Of a stretch of 64,000 nucleotides of DNA, positions 25,380-37,990 are shown in pieces. Under the pieces are notes generated by a model. It worked only from the letters and a program-made list of their open reading frames with translations, was not told the DNA's origin and searched no databases. Source of the stretch: Azolla caroliniana (Eukaryota; Plantae; Polypodiophyta); NCBI GenBank assembly GCA_043228905.1, contig JBHGNT010000002.1, forward strand, positions 17,794,001 through 17,858,000, in the 5' to 3' direction. The position numbers and the translations under genes are program-made. Position 1 is the stretch's first letter, and each line of letters starts with the position of its first letter.

Positions 25380-28205
25380 TCATGTAGAGACATACCACTG
25401 AGCACTTTCAGTGCACGCATCGGATATTGCAATACGTGAGGGGAACGAAGGATCGTGGTTTGTTGTATCGGCACGGCATAACTGAACAGTTTGTCGGCTA
25501 CACAGATGCGGATTGGGCTGGAGATACCACAGATCGTAAGGATTCATGTTCTCTCTCAAGAGCACGATGATAGCATGGAGTAACAAGAAGCAACCGACAG
25601 TGGCCCTATCGAGCACTGGGGCTGAGTACAGAGGAGTCACTGTCGCTATGTGCGAGGCCATATGGCTCAAGCGGTTGTTGTAGGATCTACAAGTGAACAT
25701 GTTCGCATTCACAAGTGGAAGGATGGCGCATAAATGGAAGGATAAGGAATATTCCAGCTGATTTTGGAGCATTTTTTACCATTTCACAAAACACTTTGAT
25801 ACCAGTATCACATGTTCTCAAAAACTTGATGAAAAAGTTGAAATTTTCACCATTTGGTAAAATTAGAAAATGTCAAAATTTCACTAAATACGAAAAGTAA
25901 CTTTGTGTATTTTTAAGGAAAAATGACAACTAATAATTTTTTAGATCTTGAAGAAATCAAAAGCGAAAGATTTCAAAACAATTAGCTTTTGTATATTATT
26001 GAATAAAATGTTGTCTATATCGGGTACATATCGTTGCACAAAATATACATTCAGGAGTTATTTGCATGAGTGTAATCATTCCTTTCATGAGAGTCACTAT
26101 TATAGCTAATATACAATTGTGACTCTTCCTCCTCATTTTCAAATGTACCAATCAAAGCATTGTCTTCATCTAAAACCAAATGGTGTCACCAAATTATGTG
26201 CCACCTTCTAGACTTGGTAATTTCTCTTTGATTATTTCTATCGTTGACATCGTTAAATGTCCAATTTTTGTCAGTGTAAAGTCATACACAATGATTACCA
26301 TAGACATAATTATTTTAAAAACAAAGATTTCAGTACAATTCAATACAATGTAACGAATTCAGATTGTAGTACAATTCAATACTTAGGTTCAAAGTGTTTT
26401 CATCACAATTTGATTCTTAGTATCGAATTCACGATCGTTTTTACTTGCTTTAATTATAGTTTTTTATTGAAAAACAAATAAACTCTAAACCTGAATTCGA
26501 TACTAAGTATTGAATTGTTTTCATCACAATTTGAAACTTGAATTCAATACTAAGTGTCAAATTGTGACATTGTTGTTTTTTGTTTGAAAAAAAAAATTAA
26601 TGAAAAAAAAACCTCAACTCGAAACCAAGTATGGAGTTGCAATGAAAACAGGGTGTTTTCATCACAATTGAGGTTTCAAATTATGATGTTTTCATTGCAA
26701 TTCGATAGTTACGAAAATAAATAATCAAATAAATACTTTACGATAATGAAAACACCTTATTTTCATCACAATTCGATACTTAGTATCGAATTCAGGTTTA
26801 AAGTTTGTTTCTTCTCGAATAAAATAAAATAAAATAAAACAAAATAAAATAAAAACTTTAAACCTAAATTCGATACTAAGAATCAAATTATGATGAAAAC
26901 ACTTTGAACAATTGAATTTTAGAAATTATCATTATGACACTTGTTAAATCTCCAAAAACCAGCAAAATTTATATGTTATTTACGACATGTGATACTAGTG
27001 TATCACCTTTTTGAAATTGCCTAAAATCGCAAGATTATAAAAGGAATCTAATAATGGAATGCGCGATCCTTCCACTTCTGAATGCGAACGTGTTACTAGT
27101 GGTGGCCGATCCAATTCCAATCTACTGTGACAATATCAGTAGCATGTAGTTGGCAAAGAACCCCATTTTCCATGCTCCCATGGAGCACATAGAAGTGCAT
27201 TATCACTTTGTGCGTGAGTGTCCTGAGTGTTGAAGTCAAAGTACAACACGTTCGAATTGATTGGCAAGTTGCTGATATTTTCCCCAAGGCACTCGGAATA
27301 GAAAAGTTGCAACACTTCTCCGAGATGCTTGGGCTACAACATCTCGATGTGCCACACTTGAGGGGAAGAACAACTTGGAGATAAGAAGAGAACAACAAAC
27401 GTGATGAGTCGAAGCAAGTGCCAACTGAAGGTAAGTGGAGATTCAAAGAAGAAGATGAATCAGAGAGAGTCGGTTCGGACAATGGAAATGACTCGGACAA
27501 GCCGAATCATACAAAGGCCAAACGAACAACCTGTAGAGGTGAGAAGAAGGCTAATGACGGCCCAAGGAGCTGACAAGCCGATCGAAGAAGTTGAGGAGCG
27601 CAGGACCGGACGGGTCAAGGTGCGCATGCCAAGAGTCAAGTTGGCAGGAGGAGCCGAGGCGAAGAATGGACAGAGCAGGAGGAACCTCAAGTTGAGCTTG
27701 AGGGAGAGTGTTGAGAACCAAGCTCAACATGCGGCGGATCGACCGAAAGAGTTGAATCAGATGAAGACCGATCAGCTAGGCCCGGATCGGTTGAAGAAAC
27801 CGAGAGTCGGATCGGATGGAGACCGATAGGCTAGGCTGAGTCGGATGGAATCTGATAGGCCGTTAGGGCCATGTATTCCTATTTTAGTGAATAGGAATAT
27901 TATAGGTTGCCAATATCAGTGGCTTAGTTAATGAGCATTCATGTACTTGTCAGTACTTGTGTCAGCCCACTCTTCAAGGCTTCTATAAAAAGTGCTCACT
28001 AAGCACATTGTATGTACAGAGTGTTATTTTCTTGAATTGAGTTATGTATATATTTCTATTCTGTTTGTCTTTCCCTCCTCTCCATAACGTGAATCTATCT
28101 TAGTGTTTATTTTCTGATTTCTGTTCTCCGGCTAACCCGGTTGTACTAGGTTTCTATTGTTAAGCTTTCGCATCACTTTGTTTACACAAAGAAATTTTGC
28201 TAACA
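25380..28205 (+). mobile_element. 3' half of a different Ty1/Copia (RT end, RNase H, PPT, 3' LTR 27709-28205)
   Basis: GYTDADWAG, KKQPTVALSSTGAEY, IYCDN, HIEVHYHFVRE; PPT GAGCTTGAGGGAGAG then TGTTG...AACA. The LTR does not match the 13912-14172 LTR. Confidence 0.8.
25696..27094. mobile_element. Non-autonomous TIR DNA element (1.4 kb)
   Basis: ~35-bp TIR AACAYGTTCGCATTCASAAGTGGAAGGATSGCGCA with longer degenerate inverted homology; TSD ACAAGTG/ACTAGTG; removal restores DLQVVADP. Confidence 0.82.
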
Positions 28206-28929
28206 ACCATTAGAGAGCTGCTTCGTACGACTTCGGCTGTGCTCGATGATGTACCTCTCGAACAAGTAAATGACAAGGCACTTGTAAAGGATAAACACAT
28301 ACTAGAAACACAATATCAATGGCTTCATTGCAAAAGGCATTGCCAACTCATGAAGAATTATAGTTTTGCCAGGTCATTCACTATACCACTTGTCTCAATC
28401 CAGGCCATTCGAAAATCGAGTGCAGACTAAGAACACATTGCCCAATCTGTCATTCAAAAGCTCACACTATTGATCGGTGTGATTACAATTTACTCAACAA
28501 GTCAGTGGCTACTATTCGGCAGATGGAGCCACAAGAGGAATGAAGTCGGGGCCCGGGGGGATGACAGAACTCAGACAGATTGATTTAGGGAGGTCGATTG
28601 ATCTAGATACGTTGACCGTTATAGATCCGAATAGGATAGATCGCACCAGGATTATTATCGACGTGATGATTATCACGATCATTATCGAAGAATGGAGCGG
28701 CAAGATAATTATCGAAGAATCAGAACTGTTATGATCGGGACTATTCACCTTGTTCTGATCGGCACAACTGAGGATATTATGACAGAGGTCATCACAAGGA
28801 GCGACGTTAGTATGCCGACAGTCGACCAATTAATCACCGGTCCAATCATCAGGAAAGGAGGGACAACTATAGACGTCCTAAACACAATCAGCAATTTCAG
28901 CATAACAATCGCCATAGGGACAAAGAAGA

Positions 28930-29619
28930 TGTTGGGAAATCGGTCTCTCAGGATAGGATCCGGATGAGCCAGATCGGATGAGTCGAAGTAACCGGACCGG
29001 AAGGTATCTGGAAACCGGATCGGATGAATCTGGAAGGTATCCGAACGGACATATTAGTAAATATGTTCTAATGTGACTGTTAAGGTCATATTTATAAATT
29101 GCATGTAAAAGAATACGTGTGCAGAAACGTGTGCGATAGACACCGAGTACTCAGTTGGTCTCGCAAACTCGAAAGTTAGGTAAACCCAGAGAATGGATAC
29201 ACAATGTGTGAGAGAGAGAGAGCAGACAACAACACATGGATTCAAATAATGAACACTATCCGGATGAGCCAAATCGGACGAGTCGAAGTAACCGGACCGG
29301 AAGGTATCTGGAAACCGGATCGGATGAATCCAGAAGGTATCCGGACGGACATATTAATAAATATGTTCCGATGTGACTGTTGAGGTCATATTTGTAAATT
29401 GCATGTAAAAGAATACGTGTGTGATAGACACCGAGTACTCAGTCGGTCTCGCAAACTCGAAAGTTAGGTAAACCCAGAGAATGGATACACTGTGTGTGAG
29501 AGAGAGAAAGAGAGCAGACAACAACACATGGATTCAAATAATGAACACTCTGTACATACAACGTGCTCAGTGAGCATTTTTTATACAAGCCTTGACGAGT
29601 GGGCTGACACAAGTACCGT
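28930..29619 (+). repeat. Probable LTR fragment containing a ~300-bp tandem duplication (units at 28959 and 29259)
   Basis: Purine tract then TGTTG at 28930; two near-identical units; cut at 29620 by element B. Confidence 0.65.
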
Positions 29620-32600
29620 TGTTGTGACGATTTTCGACTACGGTGTGAAACCGAGTGAGACGAATAAACCAAGGATTTGCAACATTGCACATACACTTAG
29701 CAAATAAGCCTAAGGCCTAGTGGCACTTGAGTTTATACAGAGGGGTACAAACAAGGTTTGAACCTTGCACCTCTAAGATACAAGATGTTTGCCTTACCAC
29801 TAGGACAACTATCATATAGTGTGTATTTCCTTTTCATATACGAATTATAGACGAAAGAACCATAGAAAACCATGTGCACAAAACCATGGTTCTAAACCCA
29901 TGGATTGTGCATGTCATAAGCAAAACCGTGTCCCCAAAACCATGGTTCTAAACCCATGGTTTTGTGCATGAAGAGAGCTATAAAAACCCTAGTGGAGCTT
30001 GTGTAAAGGGGGGCTCAATATGTGATATCACCAACACCACTATCATCAATATAATTATATTCGTCTTTATCTTCTTCATATTTTTCTACTTCTCAAGTGT
30101 ACAATCTTTCTTCTTGTCAAGTGAACAAATTTCATCTAATCTTACATTGATTGCCATCTCTTCAATAATTCCGCGAACGTCCTCCCCAGTCCAAGACCCC
30201 GGTGGTCGCTCCAGTAGCACACACACGCGCAAATCTTCACGACATCATTTGGTGAACCCGACGTGAAGAGCAGTAGGGGAGGATGAAGATGAACGAGGAA
30301 TATCTCATGAAAGAAATGTCAAAGATGATGATGGAATTTTCGAGGGAAGGGAAAAGACGAGGTGCGGCCCAACAAGCCGTCGAAAGCGTGGTCGAGCAAG
30401 TCGGATGTTTCAACGGGGGTGAAGTGCAAAATTGTCCAAAGGCGTACAATGCCGAGATGGATTCGAGAGGTGTGAACGAAGCAATGAGGCTAGTGTACTT
30501 TTGTCGAGTGGTGGCCGAACCAATCTACAAAGAGATGAAAGAGCTTCAAAAACTTCACGATTCATGGGAGTCCTTCGAGGAAGCTTTACGGGAGGCATAT
30601 GGTTATGAAGAGCTATAGGGATGAGGTCTATATGAGTTTGACCAATGGGTGTCATCAACGAAGACCCACCAGAGTGCTATGCATGCATTTGTTGAGTTTG
30701 AGTGTCGCTTCGCTCAACTCTCGGAGAGGGATCAAGGATTGGTGGAGGCGAGTAAAGTCCTTATGTTCGTAAAGTTGGTTGATCGAAAGGAAAGGAAGGC
30801 ACTTGGAATCCAACTTGAAGCAATGATGGAGCAAATGGCCTCACCGAGAATTGGGCCGAAGTTGAAAGAGTATGCCGGCGACATGACAAGAGGAAGATGG
30901 GAATCTTGTTGACATTGTCACGACCCATGAGGGAAGATCGAAGAGGAACGACATGCAACAATGCGCCACCACTAAAGGAAGAGAGCTCGAAGTGGGGAGA
31001 TTGGTCGGTACTCGACATAGAAGACTTCGTAAAGGAGGCATATGAGAGTTTAAAGGTGCAAGTCAAGGCCAAAGAGAAGCTTAGAATGGAGCCAGAACCG
31101 AGGCAATTGGTGATCGACGAAGAGGAGACCTCCCGACAAATGCAGACTAATGATGTGGCCAATATGAAGGGCCAGGTTTGGTACGATAGTACCACGGGAG
31201 AAGGTGTGAAACAAGCCACCTTCTCGACTTACGAAGTAACGAAGGTCAAGAGAAAGGCCGAAGACTCGAGAGCGGGAAATGTTGCTTTAAGAGTGGACGA
31301 GCATTTTAGAATACATGTTGTGTCCGAAATATCGAGTGATGAAGGTGCAAGCATGAGGAAAGCTTGCGTGATCAAGGGATGTAAAGAGTGTGAGGTCGAC
31401 ATGATTGAGGCGGTAGCCACGAGGAACGACATCGAGTCGCAGATGGTTATGGAAGAGTCCACGACGGATGACCGTGTCGAGACTTTCCCAACACTTGATC
31501 TAGAGACTTGGGCAGTTACGTCTGAGAGCCAACATGAGACCCAAGAGACGGAAACTGGTGGTGAAGAAAATATTGAAGACAATGCGAATAACAACATTGA
31601 GCGAAAGATGGCTATGGATGAGAAGACGGTGACCGATGGTGCCGACGTTCTCCCCACAATTGTTCTTGAGACTTCGGCAGTTGTGCCCGATTGCCAACGT
31701 GAGACTGGAGAGATGGAAGGTGGCGACAGGAAATTGAAGGACTGAAACGGCGATGAGGATGATGAGGTGAATGACCACAGACGAAGGGATCCCTCGACAC
31801 CGGTTCCGGAGACTTTGGCAGTTGTGTCCAAGAGCCAACATAAGACCGGAGAGATGGAAGGTGGCGGCGAGGAGATGAGGGTCGAAGCCAACACATACAA
31901 AGGAACGATGACCAACAAGGAGGCAAAAAACAAAGCTACAATAGAGTTTTATGAAGAGCCAGAGAGCGGCAAGAAAGGAAGAACTAGAATACAATCTGGA
32001 TGGAAGATGACGCAGTTGGTATTCCAACCCGAATGGAAGTTGACCCGAATGAGAACTGATAAACCAGGCCCGACCCAACCGAAACCCGGACGGAAGCCGA
32101 TCCGGATGGAAGTCGTTCGTCTGATTCCAATTTGTCCAAATGCAAATCCAGACGAAGGCCGACCAAGTGAGAAGTTGATTGGTCGAGACCGATCCAGACA
32201 GAAGTTGAGCCGACCTAACCATAGGTTGAAGCAGATGAACCCCGACACCCAGTCAAGGCTAGTGAGTGAGCATGAGGAAAGGCAAGCATGCGACAAGAAA
32301 GGCCGATCAGAGGAAGTTTGATGACCAAGGAGATGGTCGGGATGAAGGCGGCACATGTACGATGCATGAAGGGTTACGCTCAGGAGGAGCAAAAGGGGCT
32401 ATGCCAAGTGGTCATGGCAATGCGAAGGGCGAACAAATGATATGGTTGATTGGGTGGCGACGATAGTTCGGGTGGAAGGAATGCATGTGCTCAAAATGGA
32501 GGACAAAGGCCAATGCAGGCGAGGTGTAAGAAAGAAAGAAATCAAAGGACAACCACCTTTGAGTCCACCACATAACTCACTTCTTCTTGGCACATGCCGG

Positions 32601-33844
32601 AGGATGTGCAGTTTGGTGGGGGGGGCATGTCGTGATGTTGCATGTCCAATGGGAGAAATTGTGAAATAGTGTAGTTCCACGCACATTACACAAACGATTA
32701 TAAATATGAAAATTATCCCCTGGCCTAGTGGCATTCGAGTGCATATAGATGTGTGCAAGCAAGATTTGAACCTTGCACCTCCGAGATAGAAGACATTTAT
32801 CTTACCATTAGGGAAACTACCAAATACTTTGTTATGTAAATTTCTTTTCATATTCAAATGGCATAGGAAAACAACCGTACAAAACCATGTGCACAAAACC
32901 ATGTTCCAAGCCCATGGTTTTGTGCATGCCACAAGAAAAACTGTGTGCCCAAAAACCATGGGTCCAAGCCCATGGTTTTGTGCATGGATAGACCTATAAA
33001 AACCCTCATAAGGCTTGTGTAAAGGGGGGGCTCAATATGTGATATCATTATCATCACCATCAATATAATCTTCTTCTTAATATTCTACTTGAAATCTATC
33101 TTCTTCTCAAGTGTAAAATCTTTGATCTTCCCAAGTGTGACATTAGTTTCCTCGATTCCTACATACACATTGTCATCTTTTCGACAATTTTGCGAACTTC
33201 CTCCCTAGTCCGAGACCCCGGTGGTCCCACTCAAGCGAAGCATGCACACATGCTATCATGAAGAATTTCGGCCAGAGGCGGAAACCGAGAAATATTGGCT
33301 ACATCGGCGGGGTGCAGCATGTGCGCTCACCCTTGTACATTTAGTGTGAATAACGAGGGCGCTTTTATGGCGCCGAAGTGTAATCAAGTCGGGACAAGAA
33401 TCCCATGTAATAAGGGATTTATCCCACGATGCTACGGATCCCTCTCCTTGTTCTATAAAAGGAAGGGAGCGCCCTTGGTGAAGGGGTTGCCTATTTTGTG
33501 TATGAAAGGTATACCACTTAGTCTAGAGTTCTTACCATTTTTGGGGTTTCGTTATTCATCCTCGGTTAGGGTTTCTCATAGTCGTTTGGTGCGACCCATG
33601 CGGCCACCATTGTTGTAATCATTCGTTTGTTTTAATATATCTTGTTGAGTATCTTACCTCCGCCGATCTCTCCTTCTATTTCATGATCTTATTCTTTCTT
33701 CTTCTCCCCTTGAGCTAAGCTTCCAAAACATATCTCATTCTTTCTCCTCTACTCCCTAGTCCGAGACCCCCGTGGTCCCGCCCCTTCTACGCGCACGTGC
33801 GTAACAACGCGACATCTTTGGTGAACCCGACGTGAAGGGCGGCA

Positions 33845-35489
33845 ATGGAGATGGAAGAAGACTTCGACTTCGAGGAGATGATGGCAAAGATCATAATGGA
33901 AGCCGGACGGAAGATGGTGAAGCGAGATGCGGCTCAACAAGCCGTCGAAAGGGTGGTCGATCGAGTCGGCCGGTTCAATGGGAATGAGGTCCCAAAATTT
34001 TTGGGAGCCTACAAGGCCGAGATGGCGAAAGGGGGCGTGGACGAGGCGATGCGGCTAGAGTATTTTCCTCGAGTGGCGGCCGTATCGGTGCACAAGGAGG
34101 TCAAGGAGCTACGAGAAGCTCACGAGTCGTGGGTGTCCTTGGACAGAGCTCTATTGGAGGCGTACGGGTACACGAAACCGGAAGGAAGAGGTCGACATGA
34201 GTTTGATCGGTGGGTGGCGTCGGCGAGGCGTCATCGGAGCGCGATGGAGGCATTCTGAGAGTTCGAGCGCCGTTTCTCTCAACTCTCAGAGCGAGATCAG
34301 AGATTTGTGGGGGCGGGCAAAATCCTCCTATTTTTTAAGAAGATCCATCAAGAGGAGAGGATGGACATCTTATTCGAGCTTCAAGATGATTATGGAGCAC
34401 ATGGTCTCACCGAGGAGTGGTCCGAGGTGGAATGGGTGTGCCGGCAACATGATGCGAGGCGGTTGGGCACAACACGGCCCGCGAGCGGTGGAGAAGAGAG
34501 AGCGGTGAGTGAGTACGCACTACCGCCGGAAGAGAGCTTGACCTAGAAGTGCTAATACGGGAGGCATGTGAGCTTGTGAAGGTGAAAATCGAAGCCGAAG
34601 AAAGGCTTATTATGGAGTTGGGCCGAAGGCGATCGGAGGATGTGGAGGAAGAAGCCTCCCTAAGCGTAGACGACTGGGCCTATACAGAGGCCGGGACAAC
34701 GTACGACGACGACATAGGAGAGGGTACGAAGCAAGCGACCCTCTTGCTTTGTGGTGAAGGGATGGCCATGGAGGCCGGTAACTACGGATTCAGGACATGG
34801 CGGCCCGAAACATCGAGTGGGGAGGAGACAAGCGGCGGTGCTGTGACCTTACACACACCGGCCCTAAAGGCTCCGGCGGTCGGCCCGAGTGCCGGCGTGA
34901 GACCTAGAGCGACAAGTGGTGGCGGCGGCAAGGCGGGCAACCGAGACGATGACATGATAGAGACGGCAGCAAGCGTAATTGAGGCTTGCGCGATCGGAGG
35001 CGTGCTAGCCGCGGACAACGACGTCTGGACGAGAGCCCACGTGAGACCGGAGAGACAGAAGGTGGTGGCGGCAAAGCGGACGATCGAAACGACAACGAGG
35101 AAGGTCATAGCGGACGGAGGAGAGACCCCTCGACACCGAGACCGGAGACTACGACGGTCGCGCCCGAGTGCGGACATAAGACCGGAGAGATGGGCGGTGG
35201 CCGTGAGAAGGTGTGGCCAGGAGCGGGCACATACGAAGAGGATGCGAGGCCCAGAACGGGCATACCGAAAGCTACCGAAGGAGAGGCCGGGAGAGGCAAC
35301 AAGGAGAGAGTTGGGAACCGACCCGAGCGGAAGACGAACCGGTCGGTAATCAGACACGAGCGGAAGACGACGTGGAAGAAGATTGGAGCAAGGGCCGGTC
35401 AACCGGGCATGAATGGAAGAAGAGCCGGCAAGGCCGGAATTGTTTTACCGAACCCTTGCCGATCGGTTACGATCACGAAAGGGAGCTGA
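33845..35489 (+). pseudogene. Disrupted gag (capsid-like N-terminus plus low-complexity tail) of D
   Basis: AVERVVDRVGRFNGNEVPKFLGAYKAEM is homologous to F gag AIEAVVGTIGRFDGKDATKYLASYGAEM; contains in-frame stops. Confidence 0.8.
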
Positions 35490-37990
35490 CCGAACTGGAA
35501 CATGATCAATCGGGATCAAATTGGGCAAGGACCAAACCGGCATGATTGGAGATCGGGGAAGATGAGTCGCAACACATGGTGGGAGCCGGTGAGCGCTAGA
35601 AGGAGGCCAAGCGGGCATGATGACTATGGTTCCGTGGAAGACCGGAAATGAGTGGGACCCTCCCCACCTATTCTAGAGACTTTGGCGGTTGTGGATCAAC
35701 ATAAGACTGGAGAGACGGCGGGTGGCGGCGAGGAGTCGGAGACCGGAACTGACGAGGCTACCGGAACGGGTACCCAGTGCGTGAAGAGGGATGGGAAACG
35801 GCCTGCGAGGAGGCCAAGGACGGAGGCGGCACGGAAAGATCGGCATTCCGATTCGGATGGAGCGTGATCTGGATGTGGATGACTTGACCGAAACCGGCCC
35901 AAGGCGCGAAAGACCAGGGACGGGCTATAGAGCCCGATCGGTAGGGCTCGGTTTGGTACAATAGTGCCGATGCGGAAGAGGGTGCGAAACAAATCACCCT
36001 CTTTTACATGAGGACACAAACCGGCCAAGCGAAGGCCACAAATCGGGAAGCTAGCGATCGAGGTTGCGGAGAGAGACTGGCAAGTTTCGGACATCGCTGC
36101 CCGAAACTCCGGACATTAGAGAATCAAGTGCAGGCGGCACTTCATCGATCCAAGTCCAGATGCTTCTCATTGAACGTGCTTGGGGAGCGGTACCCTGAAC
36201 GAGCGTCCGCAAATCACTACGGGACGGAAACACCATGTCTTATCCGGAGACTCAGGCAGCCGGCAATGAGCGCCGACGTGAGAATTGGAGAGATGGGAGA
36301 TGGAGGCGGGTACGCGAGAAGGAGGGCGAAGAGTTCAAAAGAAGCACATGTGAGTGAGGATGAAAGCAACCAATCCTACGGGATTCCCACACCGATCCAG
36401 AGACTCCGGCAGTTCGGCCAACGTGGCAACGTGAGACCTAGAGAGAAGGACGGTGGTGGCGGGAAACGGGAACGGCCAATGCGAACATACCTGGACGATA
36501 ATAGGGAGGACGTGTTTCCGGATAACCAATCCGGAAGGAAGGAAATCGGTATGTCGGTACCAGGGGAGAGGGTGCGGAGAAAACCGCCCTCTCGGCATGC
36601 GGAGAAGGACGACCCGGGATAGGGTCGGGAAGACAAATCGGAGGCCCAAGGAGGATCCTTCACACCGGATCTAGAAACTTCAGTAGTCGGCAACGTGGTC
36701 GACGTAGGACCAAGATACTCACGGTGGCGGAGAGGGGACAAGGGCGGAAAACGGCGAAAGAGGAAGTCCCATGAAGACACTCACACCGATCTAGAGACTC
36801 CGGCGGCAGGCTAGCGAAAGCCGGCGTGAGACCTAGGGAGATGGACAGTGGCGGCAGGAGAACGTGATCGGACGACAGGAAGCGATGAACGGCAAGGAGG
36901 TATGAGGCCGGCGAGGCAGCTATGGACCATTTCGGATCTTCCGGCAAGGTCAATGGGCATAAGGAAGTCTGGTCCTACGGGATCCCCACACCGAACTAGA
37001 GACTCCGGCAGTTCGGCCAACGTGGCAACATGAGACCGAGAGAGAAGGTTGGTGACGGCGGGAAACGGGACCCGACAACACGAAGGCGGGACTCGGCTAC
37101 GCGGAAGACACGAGGAGAGTCGCGAAGGACTCCGTCAAAAGACACCCCGAATTTCGGCAAGCAGAGAAACGGATTCCGGTCCTATGGGACCCTCACACAG
37201 ATTTGGAGACTCCAACGGCCGGCTAACGGGAGTCGGCGTGAGACCTAGGGAGAAGGATGGTGGTGGCAGGGAACGGGACCCGACGACACGAGATAGCGGA
37301 TCGGGAGTCGGTAAGATGGGGGGCGGACGAAGTGCGAAACCCTTACTGGCCGGTTACGGTTTCAGAAGGAGCCAGTAGGGTCAAACACGGGGAGGTGTGT
37401 CGGGCCGGAAAGGCACACCTAGGGAGGAACAAGAGTCTCGCAAGTGGCCATCGCGGGCCGGATCGAAGTGTGACTACGGGACGGTGTTCGGCACGGGTTC
37501 CTAACAAAGGAAGCGGAAGATGGCACAAGGGAGGTGCCGGGAACAAGGTGACGGGTGCATAGTGGACTGCACAGGGTCGGAGTCAGGGGATGACAAGAGA
37601 GGCTGGAGGAGGATCCTCCACACTCGCTTCGAAGATCTCAGCAGCCCAGTCAGAGTAGCAAAATGCGGCAAGGCCGAGATGACAAGTTGGTGGGGGCGAG
37701 AGGACGACGGCAAGCAGAAGGCTCCGGACTGTTGCAGCAGTGCAAGACTGAAAGGACCAAGTAGGCTACTACGGGGTGTTCCTCGGATGCGGAGGACACC
37801 GGTATGCGGATGAGCAGCGATGCACGACATGGCCGAAAAAGGGGCCGACAAGGCGTGCAAAGAACCGGAGTGCGGCACAGGCAGCGCGTAAAAGACTGAA
37901 GAAGGATCCTCCACACCGTTCCGAAGACCTTGGCGGTCCGAGCCGACGTGGCAATGTAAGACCAAGGAGAAGGAAGGTGGCGGTGAGGGG
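34850..37990 (+). repeat. Dispersed array of ~11 degenerate ~80-bp repeats
   Basis: Consensus-like CCYCACACCGxTCYRGAGACTCCGGCRGTxGGC...CGTGAGACCxRGRGAGAxGGAxGGTGGCGG at ~34855, 35125, 35657, 36230, 36385, 36658, 36780, 36985, 37190, 37615, 37908. Confidence 0.75.

Noticed and set aside
27401-27829. 142-aa ORF after Copia RNase H as an env-like gene
   Set aside because: Purine-rich low complexity, runs through the PPT into the LTR, and has no hydrophobic segment
14175-28205. One full-length Copia from 13.9 to 28.2 kb
   Set aside because: The 5' and 3' LTRs do not match, most of RT is absent, and an unrelated (GA)n/LTR-like segment separates the halves
34850-37990. CRISPR array
   Set aside because: Repeats are long and degenerate, spacers are irregular, there are no cas genes, and the context is a eukaryotic retroelement
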